A stretch of DNA of 64,000 bases from the NCBI GenBank assembly GCA_004022145.1, contig RCNU01000013.1; one strand, given 5' to 3'. The notes under the pieces are model-generated. The model was not told the origin of the DNA. It saw only the letters and a program-made list of their open reading frames with translations, and searched no databases. Shown piece by piece: positions 63,978 to 64,000 of this stretch. This DNA is from Paecilomyces variotii (taxonomy: Eukaryota). The position numbers and the translations under genes were made by a program. Position 1 is the stretch's first letter, and each line of letters starts with the position of its first letter.

Positions 63978-64000
63978 CTTGCTTGCTTCGAGTAAAAAAG

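Overview
Fungal genomic DNA, most consistent with a Eurotiales-type filamentous ascomycete (short GT-AG introns with RCTRAY branch sites, Aspergillus-like proteins). Most of the window is a block of conserved genes: LaeA-like methyltransferase, RPF1, GRS1, SEC12-like, CLA4, POS5, a lysophospholipid acyltransferase, CTR9, a CRIB-motif protein, TYS1, ES2/DGCR14-like, MID1, a CorA-family Mg transporter, THR1, KEX1, CIA1 and a TCP11/SOK1-like gene. Between CLA4 and POS5 (~15-23.5 kb) lies an accessory-looking island. It holds two unrelated-looking F-box-like orphan genes, a 51-aa ORF, a (GAA)32 tract and a decayed front-end fatty-acid desaturase. The main finding is a gene the ORF track misses entirely: a minus-strand microexon gene at ~17.8-19.9 kb with about 21 introns of 55-75 nt. 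Seven consecutive exons are each exactly 21 nt and phase 0, so each encodes one heptad of a predicted coiled coil. All gene models and splice sites were parsed by hand; no searches were run.
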